A stretch of 64,000 nucleotides of DNA from positions 1,426,001-1,490,000 of the forward strand of contig NIVC01000023.1 in assembly GCA_002269645.1 (NCBI GenBank), in the 5' to 3' direction. The DNA comes from Macrostomum lignano (taxonomy: Eukaryota). A model generated the notes under the pieces. The model was not told the origin of the DNA. It was given only the letters and a program-made list of their open reading frames with translations, and ran no database searches. The translations under genes and the position numbers were made by a program. Position 1 is the stretch's first letter. Every line of letters begins with the position of its first letter. This document shows positions 1 through 48,139 of the stretch, piece by piece.

Positions 1-87
1 CCCAGCTTCTGTCAGGCCGGGGATCACGCGAACAGGGCTGGCTTGGGAGCCCTAGACTGCGCCATCTGCCAGTTCAATCAGATGACC
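1..87 (+). CDS. LAMTOR3: LAMTOR3/MP1 (Ragulator subunit), internal exon, 5' part outside window
   Basis: Frame 1 reads PSFCQAGDHANRAGLGALDCAICQFNQMT, which aligns with human STFALATDQGSKLGLSKNKSIICYYNTYQ. It ends at a phase-0 donor ACC|GTGAG at 88. Confidence 0.8.
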
Positions 88-106
88 GTGAGCTCGCACA
101 GGGACT

Positions 107-1708
107 CTTGTGAATGCAGCTGATTGGTTTGTGTGAATGTAGCTGATTGGATTTGTGTGAATGCAGCTGATTAGATTTGTGAATGTAGCTGATTGGATTT
201 GTGTGAATGCAGCTGATTAGATTTGTGTGAATGTATTTGATTAGATTTGTGTGAATGTATCTGATTAGATTTGTGTGAATGTAGCTGATTGGTTTGTGTG
301 AATGTAGCTGATTAGATTTGTGTGAATGTAACTGCTTAGATTTGTGTGGATGTAGCTGATTAGATCTGTGTGAATGTAGCTGATTGTTTTGTGTGAATTT
401 AGCTGATTGGATCGGTGTGAATGTAGCTGATTAGATCGGTGTGAATATAGCTGATTAGATCTGTGTGAATGTAGCTGATTAGATTTTTGTGAATGTAGCT
501 GATTAGATCTGTGTGAATGTAGCTGATTAGATTTGTGTGAATATAGCTGATTAGATCTGTGTGAATGTAGCTGATTCGTTTGTGTGAATGCAGCTGATTG
601 GATTTGTGTGAATGTATCTGATTAGATTTGTGTGAATTTATCTGATTAGATTTTTGTGAATGTAGCTGATTAGATTTGTGTGAATATAGCTGATTAGATC
701 TATGTGAATACAGCTGATTTTATTGTGAATGTATCTGATTAGATTTGTGAATATAGCTGATTGGTTTGTGTGAATGTAGCTGATTAGATCTGTGTGAATG
801 TAGCTGATTAGATTTGTGTGAATGTATGTGATTAGATTTGTGTGAATGTAGCTGATTCGTTTGTGTGAATGCAGCTGATTGGATTTGTGTGAATGCAGCT
901 GATTGGTTTGTGTCAATGCAGCTGATTAGATTTGTGTGAATGTATCTGATTAGATTTGTGTGAATTTATCTGATTACAATTTTGTGAATGTAGCTGATTA
1001 GATTTGTGTGAATATAGCTGATTAGATCTATGTGAATGCAGCTGATTTTATTGTGAATGTATCTAATTAGATTTGTGAATGTAGCTGATTGGTTTGTGTG
1101 AATGTAGCTGATTAGATCTGTTAATGCAGCTGATTGATTTGTGTGAATGTAGCTGATTGTTTTGTGTGAATGTAGCTGATTAGATTTGTGTGAATATAGC
1201 TGATTAGATCTATGTGAATGCAGATGATTTTAGTGTGAATATAGCTGATTGGTTTGTGTGAATGTAGCTGATTAGATCTGTGTGAATGTAGCTGATTAGA
1301 TCTGTGTGAATGTAGCTGATTAGATCTGTGTGAATGTAGCTGATTAGATTTGTGTGAATGTATCTGATTAGATTTGTGTAAATGTAGCTGATTCGTTTGT
1401 GTGAATGCAGCTGATTGGATTTGTGTGAATGCAGCTGATTGGTTTGTGTCAATGCAGCTGATTAGATTTGTGTGAATGTATCTGATTAGATTTGTGTGAA
1501 TTTATCTGATTACATTTTTGTGAATGTAGCTGATTAGATGTGTGAATATAGCTGATTAGATCTATGTGAATGCAGCTGATTTTATTGTGAATGTATCTAA
1601 TTAGATTTGTGAATGTAGCTGATTGGTTTGTGTGAATGTAGCTGATTAGATCTGTTAATGCAGCTGATTGATTAGTGTGAATGTAGCTGATTGGTTTGTG
1701 TGAATGTA
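107..1708. repeat. ~24-bp minisatellite (GTGAATGTAGCTGATTAGATTTGT)n, left part, in LAMTOR3 intron
   Basis: Tandem units are directly visible. A higher-order duplication of roughly 535 bp is present (rare variant TGTCAATGCA at ~911 and ~1447). Confidence 0.95.
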
Positions 1709-1797
1709 CTTACTTACTTACTACTGACGGGGGGCGCAGGCGCCGCGAATAGGCCGCGAGGCCCCTATCGCAACCCCAAGGTAAAAGAGCACAAGGA

Positions 1798-6676
<4,879 letters not shown>

Positions 6677-7088
6677 TTATCCCAGGATTGCTCCCAGGCG
6701 AGGCTCCGGCAGGCCCCCGGTCCACACTCTGCAAGATCAGGGGGCGGGAGGCCGGCTGCGGGCTTGGGACACAGGCGCCAGGTCGAGTTGACAGCCGACG
6801 CCCGAGCCCTCCCCCACAAGAGCGGCCCTCGAGAACCCGTGTGGTACCAGTTGCAACTAAGGGCTGTCGATGGGTAGTTGGCGCTTAGCCAGCAGCCAAC
6901 TACTTAGCAGCCACCTGCCCCGCAAAAAAGCAGCAGGGGGGATCCGTCCCCCACCAGCAGACCAAGACGAGGAAGCTAGCCGCTTCCACGCCAGGCCAGA
7001 ACGAAAAGGAGGGGGAAGAGCCTCCTCGAAAAACGAAAAGCTGGCGGATGTCACAGAGTCCCTCGGTTTAAGTTGCCGTTTGCCCCCC

Positions 7089-7310
7089 TTGTGTGAATGT
7101 AGCTGATTAGATTTGTGTGAATATAGCTGATTAGATCTATGTGAATGCAGATGATTTTATTGTGAATGTATCTGATTAGATTTGTGAATGTAGCTGATTG
7201 GTTTGTGTGAATGTAGCTGATTAGATCTGTTAATGCAGCTGGTTTATTTGTGTGAATGTAGCTGATTGGTTTGTGTGAATGCAGCTGATTGGTTCGTGTG
7301 AATGCTGATA
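7089..7310. repeat. Same ~24-bp minisatellite, right part, resuming after the LINE
   Basis: Same unit and variants as 107..1708. Confidence 0.9.
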
Positions 7311-7401
7311 TATAGCTGATATATACATGTACCGGAGGTGTGAATCGGGCATGTTTGTGAATGCTGTATAACTTAGCGACTGCCCTCGCCCCACCTGTCA
7401 G

Positions 7402-7569
7402 GTAGTGCAGATGAGCTGCCAGCCGCTGGTGGTGACGGTGGTGGGGCGGCCCGGCTGCAACATCGGCCTGGCCAGCAGCCTGCTTAGCGACAAAGCATTC
7501 GCAGAGCAAGTGGCCCGCCTGCAGACAGTCATTCCAACTGACCTGAGCGACAGCTCAGTGCAAGCCTGA
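7402..7569 (+). CDS. LAMTOR3: LAMTOR3/MP1 terminal coding exon
   Basis: After acceptor CCTGTCAG, phase 0: VVQMSCQPLVVTVVGRPGCNIGLASSLLSDKAFAEQVARLQTVIPTDLSDSSVQA*. Matches human VVQFNRLPLVVSFIASSSANTGLIVSL. Confidence 0.8.
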   Translation, partial: VVQMSCQPLVVTVVGRPGCNIGLASSLLSDKAFAEQVARLQTVIPTDLSDSSVQA

Positions 7570-8517
7570 GAAAAACGAGTCTTTCTTAATCCTGAGATTA
7601 TTGCCAACATTCTTTATTGGAAATTGATTTTTTCCGATTTTGGCCAAGCTTGATTGATAAATGCTTACCCATAGCAGTATTAAAAAACGGCCCTTTTCGG
7701 GGCTCATTTTGATTTTGCACTTATTGGCCTACTGTTAGTAGGCACTTGGTCAGATCGATTTAAAACAATGAAAATTAACGGAAAAGGCGTTAATTATGCA
7801 GATTTTATCAATCCATATTTGTCGGTCAATTTTAAATATCATATTTCAAATATATTTCATTATGCATTATTACACTAATGCTACGTGCACACTATTACAC
7901 CAAACATCATAAAAGCTGCGTTTGCTTTTAGAAACCTGCATTTTAAAATTTCTTTTTACAAAGAACACTCTTGCACTAAGAAAACTAACAAACGTTCATT
8001 CAAATTCTCTTGATTAGTCAGCGAAAAAAAGTGAACAGATGAAAATATATTAAATGTCAGCTTCTGTGATGAAAGAAGTGGCGTGGGCGATTTTAAGGAG
8101 GTTATGATTTTTTAATAATTATTATTAATCACATAATTCTATAATATAATAACGGTGAAGCAATATTGCACGGAATGGGGGATTTTATTATAATTAAATT
8201 TCAATATCTAAAAGCTGCGGAAAAAACTGGCATCGATATGTGCAACGGTTGAAAAACACGAAGAAAAAACAATAAAAATTTTTAACTTAAAAAACTATTT
8301 CCCTACTAATAGTAGCTGAAATTAATATACTGCCAATAAAAATTATTGCAACGAAAATAATAATCATAGTAACTTTGTATACTTATAAATAGCTAAAAAC
8401 TTTGTAATTGCACACTGACAACAAGCAATTGTGCGGCCTATCAGCTCGTAAATTAGATGCATCGGCAATATCTAATTGTCAATTAAATTTATAATTTAAT
8501 TAGTTTACATAGATTAA

Positions 8518-18890
<10,373 letters not shown>

Positions 18891-21800
18891 CTAGAAAATA
18901 TAGAAAGACAAATGTCTCATATACTTTAGAGTATTCAAAATTTTTAATTGTACAATAGAATTTTATAAGTGTGCATTTTGCTACACTAAGTGGTTTTTGC
19001 TACACTACTTATATATAGTAGTTTAGTAGTAGACCTAGAAGTCTAAGGTGAAATCAAACTACAAATAGTAGCCTAGAAGACATTTATTCTCTGAATTTGG
19101 GAGAAAAAAATGGAAGCAAACAAGTGTTAGCCAAATTCAATTCTAATCAAACTATTCAAAAACTAATCTAAAAAACAAATAGCTCTTAAGCATCAAGCAG
19201 CCCTTTTAGATGGCTGAACCTCAATTACAACTTGAGGCCCCTAGCAAAGCTTTTTTATATCAATTTGGGAATTTTTTTAAATTTATATATTAAAGAATTT
19301 TTATAAAAGATTCAAATCTATAAAATAAATTCATTGAAAAATTTAACCTTGCTAGGAAAAATTTTGCAATGATAACAGGCTAGGCCCCTAATAACAATAA
19401 TTTGACAACAGGTTGACAATAAATCATCCTGGGACCTTGCCATCATGGCAAGTTGATAAATCAGAGTCCAATAGAAAGTAGACAACAAAGCAGATTTGGA
19501 ATTGTACTTTGCATAATACTACTGACTTGAACAAATCATACTTATTTTAGTAAATCAATATTAAATTGATGAGGTTATTGTCTAGTCTTTAACCTGTTGT
19601 TGCTTGTTGTCACAGTGTTTGTGTTATTGCTACAATTTTTTTCCTAGTATGACCTTGGAGATATTAAGAATAATGGACTATATACTTAGTTCCTTCAAAA
19701 TTTCTTTCCTAAAAATATTTATTAAATTAAACATACAAATTTATTACAATCACAATCAATAATATATATTTTATTGGCTAATCTTAAGTCTCCAATCCTA
19801 ATGTAATAAATAATAAACAAATTATTATTAAAGTTTAACTATTTTTATTTTTAATATTGTATAAAATTTAACTTGAAACTAATTAATAGCTTTCTTTAAG
19901 TAAAGACAAAAAAATGAACTTTTATATTAGGGCCTAGCCTAGGCTGTATTAAGATCATATGATTCCTCTATAAAGTTTTTAAATATACCTAGAATGTTTT
20001 ATTTTATTGTTAATGTTAGGTAAGGTTAACATACTATTAATTTGAATAATGAAAAGTCAGATATTATTCAAGTTCAACAGATCAGAGTTGAGACTATTGA
20101 GCCAATTCAAACTCAGTTAAGTTCGACAGGTTGCCCGCCCCCCAACCTTTGGACGGACCTAAAAAATCAAAAGGGGGAACCAAGCGATTTGAGCCACCCC
20201 TTTCGCCCCCCCCCCCCTGGCCTTACCCTCCAGAATCTGCCCCCCCCACAAAAAAATTCAGGTTGCGCTACTGTAGTTAGGCCCCGCCTGCCACTGCCAC
20301 TGCCACGAACTTGAGCATAATTCACGCGACGAAGCATAATTCACGCGATTATTATAGAAGGGGCAAAGTCAAAACGAGGGCATCGCGAGTTTACACCATT
20401 CAAACTTTGTAATACCTAATTGTATCTGTTTTCTAATGAGTATGGCCGGTTAAATCTTGCATTAAACTGTGAATTATAAATAATTTTACTATAATCTAAG
20501 TAAAATTAGTCTTTTTCGCTCCTCTAAAAGACAAAATATGTCCTTTTCAGCGATAATTTTTTTGGCGGAAATTCAACCACGTTGAACACGTGTGAAAAAA
20601 ATTCTATATAATTTACAAATAAGGGCTAAAAATGTAGGAATTAATACAGATGGTGAAAGTTTTGAGTTAATTTGCATTAAATGCATGCATGAGTAATGCT
20701 TTATTTGTATAAACCCTACTGTAGTTCGAATATTCTTCGTTTTGGTAGTAAACATTGATTATGACATCCCACCTATATGCTCATATGAGAATATGTTAAA
20801 AACTAATCTAGATTGATGTATCCAATTGGATTATTCACTTTTACATTTTAGAAAATAATTTAGCATAAAATCGATGCTTTTTATTGAAAAAGCCTAATAT
20901 AATACTTATTGTATAACATTCTATAACAATATAAAAATACTTTTTAATAGTTAGAGAGCACAAAGTGATTTTCTCCAGTAGTCTGTTGCATCAAAATGAA
21001 TAATTGCCAGTTTTTAGAATTGAAATATGTTATTACACACCTATCAAGCTTGAAGCATTTTTTTTCTTTACTAAATGGTACTCTTTGTTGGCTCTTAAAT
21101 GCCATAAATGTTAGTTTTTGTCATGATTTTTTTCTCCGGAAGCCCACTGTATGGAGCATGTACAATGAAAAGCTTAGATATTTCATCAAGGCACTGCAAA
21201 GAACCCTATAAAGAAGCATTTTTTTGGCTTTGCAGCAGGGACAACCTAATATAATTTTATTGCCATTTAATGTATAATTTGTAATGAATTAGGCTTTAGT
21301 TATTTTTAATGATAGTTATTATGCTTATTTCATACTGAATAAGTTGAGGTAAATTTTGTAAAAATTACTTTGAACATCTTTTTATTGACCATCACTTAAA
21401 TTTTTTTATGACTAGCAATTCTAGTCTAAGATCACCAGATTAATCAGATTTCACTTACTAACACCAAATAATCAGGTCTGATTGACTTTAAATTTACTTT
21501 AAATTCATTGGTCTGCTTAACTGACATCAGATTTACCTAGGATCAATAATTTTGGGGCATCATGAAGGTTATAGCATTGTAACAGACTATGTAATCATGC
21601 TTAAATAACTTGGAACTCATAATTTAATATCTTGAAATCTGCATGGTGCTAGAATCCTATTGGAATAGAAAGAAGACAGCAAAAAATACAGACAAAGCGT
21701 TCACTCATTATCTCTCTAATAATAAAATGTTCATCTCCACAGATGTACCTTTCAGCTGTTCGAAAACGGAATGAAAATAAAAATCGCTACAAATCGCTAC

Positions 21801-24800
21801 ACGCAGCAACAACTTGTGTCGACATAATTGACAACCATTGTAGAGAACCCCACCTCTTATGTTCGGCGGGTAGTCGATCAGAATCCAGTCTGGCGCATCG
21901 CTGCAAGTTGGACTCTGTCACTCAGCTTTGTTCAACACAAGCAGATTTTGAGCACAGTCTGGCAGTATGCTGCACTTCAGTTTCAGCAGGGCCAATCTGA
22001 GCTGCTCGAGCAGAGTTTGAGAACACTGGCAGTATGTGCTGCCTTATTTTCACTTTGACGTTGCAATTTGGCCTCTTTTGTATTGACTTTTCTGCGTTTG
22101 CTCTGGCATGAGAGTACGAGCCCTCTTCAGCGTGGTAGCGTTGTAACATTCTAGCTTTGAAAGCTAGGATGCTTTTATTTTGACTATAGCATACTCCTTA
22201 TATAACTAATAAGTGCTTTTTAAGCTCAACCAGCTATGTACCTATGATGTGTGGCTGCCAGCAGCCACGTATTAGTTTATGGGTATATGCTTGGCTTACA
22301 GACCCACAATTGATAGACTGCAGGAACAAGCGCGAAACGATTGATGAGCTCTTGCTTAATTTCAACAAATATACGAGTAAACGAGCCTACAATTTAAAAC
22401 ACGACTTCCCAAACACATTGATCTGATAATAAAAAGTTTTATTAATAAAGCAGCATCAGCTCAAATATTTTAATCTATGGCCATGGACGTATAGAGCAGT
22501 CTGCACAGACCAGAACAGAAAATCAATATGGCTACCTCAAGAAGGGTAAAAAAGATATCTGGGTGGGGGGCATGGTTATGCTCCTATCCAAACAGTTTCA
22601 ATACAAATGTGAATCTCACAGAGCTCTAAATGAAGCTCTTAATGCCTCTTGATTTAGTGAAAAAGATGAACAGGCAACAGAAATAGGTTTTAGAATTTTT
22701 AGGCACAAGTAATAAATTCCTGAAGCAGAAGTTTTATTAACTTAAATGCAAAACAAGATTTTTGGTATAGCCACTAGGCCCATACAATAAAACACACTAT
22801 AAAACATAAGGTTCTAAAAAGGTGTGTCTTGTGGTCTGAGAGAAAATGTAGGCCACATAGCCACCAGAATCTTGGGTGCCAGAATCCAAAAGTAGCAGCG
22901 CAGCACCTGAACCAGTTGTGGGCAGAAGTGGCCTGCTAGGTGCAGGAGTCGCCAACATTGCAACAGGTTGCTCAGACAGATCAGGTTGGTTCATGGAGAA
23001 AGCACTAGACTCACTCAACCAAATGTAAAGGTAACATACAGCAAGTCCACCAGTTTCATTGTTTAAGTAAGGCCTCAGGTTTAGAGCTCAGAATGAAAGG
23101 CATATCATAAAATGCAGCTGAGAAGATCTCCCAAAGAAGTTCTGGCATGGCATAAATTAAAGTGAAAAACATTTAACATATTTTACTTACATTTAAGTCT
23201 AAAAAACTTCTACTAAAGCAAGTTAAGAATTTATTGGTATATTAAATATACTATAGTATAAAAGGAAACACTCCTGCTAGGCATTTAAAGCCAGTTTGTA
23301 AACAATAAAATATATAATAAAATAATGCTATATTCTAATTTTTTTAAAAGCAAATATATCAGGTTTTGCATTTTTAACTTTTAACATGTTCTTAGTTCTT
23401 AAAGCTCATAATGTGAGCTTTAAATGAAATAAATGTAACAAATAATGCAAATGAAAACATATTGCAATTATACATTTTAAAGAATAGTGCAAGTCACATT
23501 TTATATAGCTTTTTACATTGCAAATTATATGAAACTAGAAAGTTTAAGTTTAAAAAAGTTATTACCAGTTTTATTTGCTACTTGTTAATTATTTAGCAAT
23601 TTAAATTATATATATACTTAAAAGTGCATAGTGATGGCTATAATAAACAGTATCATTATCAGTAATCATAAGGTAGATTATCACTTAGCTAAGGCCCAAT
23701 GGCTTTTGTAAAAAAGCATATATCAGTTTCGAAGTAATCCTAAGCTGTAAAGCTGTACAAAATTTTATATTTACATTATATTTTTTATTACTACGTCATT
23801 AGCAAAAAATCAAATAGGCCTAAGACACGGACAGTTAAATATAAATAGCAATCTGAACTAGACTACAAATTATGCCTCAGAACAAAAATATAGTTAAACA
23901 AGAGCGACGGTGGATAAAGCTATTTTATAAAAAAAACTTGATAGACACCTTTATTTGTCATTCTATTCAGTAAAATTATTTAAACCTCAGTCTCATGAGT
24001 CATTTGCCAATTCATAAGCCGTGGCTTATAAAATAAAGCATATATCTAGAATCCTCGATCGATTATTGTTCATAAATTAGATAAGCAGAAAATTGATGCT
24101 AGACGTTTGCAATGCTTGAAATACAGAAGTCAGTAATCAATATCTAAATCTCATATTTAATTCAATCCAAAAAAGTTTGCTGATATTTCACATCCGTAAG
24201 AAGAACCAGGCCAAACATCAATAATAAAGTACTTATTAACATGAAACTGATAACTAAATTAACGAGAGTATTTCAGAACACAAACAGGCGCGACGTAAAC
24301 AAAGTAAGCAGTTTAACAAAATCCAGCTTAATATTTATTTAAAAAATATCTATTGCAATATTAACCTATTTTTTTTCAGATAAAAACTACTTTTACGGGT
24401 TTGTATAAAACATTTATTTTTAGAATACTATATTTAGTTTCTGATTCTGCGTCCGTACAGTTCCGTAAAAGTGAAGATTAACAAATGGGTAGGAAATTTA
24501 TTAAGAGGTGTATTTTGTGCTTTAAAAATGTTTTTTTGAGACCACTTAACGGAAATATAAAAAATTGTATAAAAAATTACCAATTGAAACAACAAATTTT
24601 TTTCTACATTTTCTGACTCCCCAGTTTTGACTTTAACCGAGAATTAAGCGTTTTTATTCACATTTGAAATGTTACTTAGTTTTCGTGTGTATCCGTAATA
24701 ACGACGTTGTAACTTAATCCGTCGAGGATTTCAAAATTAAATAAGATGAAAAAGCTTTGAACTACAACCTGACATTAAAATTAAAATTAAAATGAAAATT

Positions 24801-26825
24801 ATACTGTGAACTGATTTGCCGAATCCTACTTAAAAGGCTTTCCGTTGTGGTATACTTCCTTGCTGAGTTTTGATTTCAGAGAATCCTCTAGCGTGACGTC
24901 ATTATATAATTTTTGAAGAAAATACAAATTGGAAACTTAGTATATTTAATTAGACTGCATAACAGACCGTATAATATATTAATATCAGTCTGGCTGTTGA
25001 GGACGCACAACGCGGTTTCACGTCCACAGAAACTGTCTATGGTTGAAAAAGCTTTAGCTATATGCTTAGTGGCGGTTTCGCAGTCCGCGGAGACTGTCTA
25101 TGGTTGAAACCCAAATAGAGTTTGAAGCATTCTTCTCCTGGTGGGTGGGTCGAGAGAAAAATAAGATTTAAACAGCTTTAAAGGTTCGTAACTAGCCATT
25201 TTTCACTGGGAATCAATACTAGAGGAAGATATTAGCGGTATAGAAATGAATGAGATTGCGTTTCTGCAGCAACTTATTTGGACATCGTGATCCTGGTGAA
25301 GAAGTTAGTCAGTGGACAGGTCTGAGCGTAAGACAGCAGCAGTTGATTGACGCAGAATTGTCCAATCCAAGCACATTCAACATTACACCACGCTAGACAG
25401 ATGTGTCGTGGATTGCAGTTTCAAACTACGACCATGTATTTGAGGTAACTATTGATGAACTATCCAACCACGGGTAGGTTGGATAGTTAGTTGCAAGAGG
25501 GTGTTTGCAACCATGTTATTTACTGAATTCTTTCGTTTATTTCGTGTTTCATTCATGTTGTGTTTGCTCTCGCAGTGAAATATACTGAGACGAAAAGTTA
25601 TCCAATTTTACCCATGCTTAAATCAGTCGTGAGCAGATTTGCTTTGACCATAGACAGTGACGGCGGACAAATGTAGAGCGTTTCAATCGCGTTTCAACCC
25701 AGGCAGCCTACCCATAACAAGTATCGCGCATTCGATAGGATATACCGGCATAGATGAGGTTTCCATTTTAAATAATCTGCCGGAACTTTATGGTGCCAGA
25801 AGCACATCTAGAAACGTCGAAAGTTTAGTAATCCGACTTAGTACTCAGATACTCAGATTATCAACAAAAAAATCTAGCTACCGTGAAACATGCCGCTGTC
25901 TTTTGTTCGAAAAAAGGAATTATCTACGAAACAAACAAGGAATATTTTAAATTTGGCAATCCGCCTTAAGTGCACAAGACATGAAATTGTAATAGTAATA
26001 AACACTGAGGGTGTTTTGTGTATTTAATTTGCAAAATATCAACTATTTACAAGAAATAGGCACAGAAAAATACAAAAAAACGCTGGCTAACCATGCGCGC
26101 ATAGTTAGAAAAACTTTTGAAGGCCAAATATCGAGATAGACAAAATTAGCTGGTGCACAATTCCAATACATAATCAATTTTTGCAACTGCAAAATAGAAG
26201 ACCGTGTGGTATAAACTAAGCGAATGCAAAACTCACAATGTAAGTCAAAGGCATCAATTGACATATATATAATATATGTATATATATATATGTTTATAAT
26301 CAAGGCATTTTCGATTGGTGCTTCGTTTTGTATAAAAAAACAATGATTTCCACCCTGGTCTTATTAGCTACCGTCTGCAGTTGGCGGTTTCATATATCAA
26401 TACAGCAACAATAATAAGGTAAGAAAATGAAAGTCTTTGAAGTAAAAAAAACTGATTACAGAATATTTAAAGCTATCAGCATAACCGAGAGAGGTTAGAT
26501 TATAATATATAGAATAAAGCGACAAGATATGTCTTGTTGGTTTAATAATAATAATAAAACTACTGAAAATACGAATTACTAAGGCATTAAAAGAGGCCTC
26601 TTAGCAGCTAAAAAATGAATTCTATTTATGAAAAATATACACAGATCAATAGAAAAGAGAACAACAAAACACGAGTGACACAGAAAAATCGCGCACCCTC
26701 TCATGCAGTTACCATGGTCTGCAAAACAAAACGCCAAACGTAAAGGAAAAATGCTATTAATTATCAGTTAGTGGTGTACCAAATATGTGCGTAATTTATC
26801 GATATTTAGCCCACGACAAGGCTCG

Positions 26826-45877
<19,052 letters not shown>

Positions 45878-46454
45878 TGTAAATTGAAATTGCAAACTTT
45901 TTACAAAAATTGAATCAGTGATCCTGCTGAAAGCTTATTGCTGATAATCAATCCAATTCTAAGCTGACTATACATTCTGGCTCGACTAGCTATAGCTAGC
46001 AAGTCGGCTCAGCAGCAGTTGCGCACGGGCGCAGTCGCCGCAATGCTATTTCGAGCACAGATTTCGCTAGCGGCTAGGCCTAGGATATCAAAAAATCGCT
46101 CTGGTTTTTACAAGAATAGTCCCTAAATAGAACACTAGGTAGTAAACTATTGATGATGCTACGTTTTCGGCAAGTAGACTTTGATTAAAAAACGTACACA
46201 GTTTTATTCAGATATAAGTTAAATTTAGTCATTAGCTGCAGACCGTGGCTGGGCATTGCAGATGATTTTAAAACGCAACGTTTTAAAAACTAACGACATT
46301 AACAAATAAGTTACACTAATATACAGATAATTAGCAATATGGGAAATAATTGTGAACTCTAAAAATTTTCTTCATATTTTAAAATTGAAGTACAGCCTGA
46401 GCCTTCTATTCACAAATATAGCGACGCGTATGTTTTCGACGGCAGTTTTTGTAT

Positions 46455-46700
46455 TTGTACTGTGATTGCTGATGTGTCAAGGCTTACTGGGGGAATCGCT
46501 GAGATTTCCAGGCTTAATGGAGGAATTGTTGATGTCAAGGCTTGCGGGGGGAATTGCTGAGATGCCAAAGACTTACTGGGGAAATTGCTTAGGTGTCAAG
46601 TCTTCTGCAGGGGGATTGCTGAGATGATGTCATTTTAAGAGGCTTATAAATACTGGGGGAATGGGTAAGACTTCAAGGCTTACGGGGGGGAATAAGTCGT
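46455..46700. repeat. Degenerate ~30-bp tandem repeat (GTCAAGGCTTACTGGGGGAATTGCTGAGAT)
   Basis: Five to seven diverged units. Confidence 0.65.
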
Positions 46701-48139
46701 TTTTTTAATAACAATGCTACTGTAAAATACTATGCACATGTGCATACGCTGCATGGCGCGTTCATACATGTGATGTGTAAACTAAAGTAATTGTACCATT
46801 GACCGACCAATTATATAGCAGTATATATACTGCATGCTAACTTGGTCCTTGTTCTGTACACGTAGCAGCAAGTTGAATTTTTTTACAGCGTTAACACAGG
46901 TATTTAAAGTTTTTCGCGTCGCTGCTAAAGCTTTCCCATCCAGGTAATGCATGATCGAAGCATTATACTCGTATTGTCTGAGAACTGCACACAAACTAAA
47001 ACACCTTACACTGTACATGTAGATTGGCCATGAGCCAAAAATGCAATACATATACATATATTTAATCCCTAGAAGACATTGGCGTGTTGATTCTTAACAG
47101 ATCTTATCTATCTTCTTGGGTTGCTGCTTACTAGCTAACTTACCAGATCTGGGCGACTTGCTACATCGTACAAGATCTTAATTTTTATATCTTTTTATAG
47201 CTTCGAATCGCACATTTTATTTAATTTTTTGTCCCATTTTGCCATAAAATAAAAAATAATAAAGCTAGAACACTTTTGCCAAATGAATGACAAAACAAAT
47301 GTACATGTACATGTACCTCCCTTCTTAGAAGATCCTGCAAGAACCGAGCAGATTGAGAAGATCTGCTAAGTTTGAGAAACAGAATGTCCTCTAGGGACAT
47401 GATGCACTTAATTGCGAAGGGTTAAAGAGCAAGGTACACTGTAGTAAGATTTTTGACGCTACAATGTACATAATGTACCAGCGTACATGACTGATGTACA
47501 TGTATTTGTACTGAAGCAAATTCGTTTTAAATGTATACATTATGCATGCATATTAATGTCATTTTTGGATTTAAATGTGCATGTACATAAGAGTTGTGAA
47601 TATATAAAACCATGGATAACAGGGAAAAATGAACTGTTCTTGCTAGTATAAATGTACGAACTACATCACATGTAGAACATAATTTGCACTACGTGTACAT
47701 ATAATGTATATAACTTTATGGCAGTTTGAAGAGAACCCCGGTAGCAGCTTTTTGGCAGTTTGGAGAACCGGTGTAATACTTTTACATGTACACTGTATAG
47801 CTATAGCAGCTCCTAAGCAGCATTTTATTTTAAGCATGAAAAACTATACAGAAATTTTACCAAATATTCAACAAAAACAAAAAAACTCATGCCTATAGAT
47901 GCTCACTACACAACAAAAGGAAACACAAAGTTTAGAATCGATTTTAAATAATGAAACATTCAAATTTAGTTTCAGCTTAAATAATTCACTTTGTAAAGGT
48001 TTCCTTAATACAGTAGTGTACATGTACGAGAGTGCGTGTGCCAAGAAAATGAAAGATTTTATCATAGGACTTTAGAGACACCTAAAATAGACAACGCACT
48101 ATAGCTAGGTACGAATTCTACCAATTAATTGTCGAACAG

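Noticed and set aside
638-1452. ORFs ISYIHTNL... in the 24-bp satellite
   Set aside because: They are translations of an intronic repeat.
7570-8517. Overlapping 3' UTRs of convergent LAMTOR3 and AHCYL
   Set aside because: Each gene has a nearer poly(A)-like signal (ATTAAA at 7679 on +, AATAAA at 8184-8189 on -), so overlap is not required.
20128-20273. MITE-like fragment ending GGTTGCGCTACTG
   Set aside because: Only one plausible terminus, with no matching TIR or TSD.
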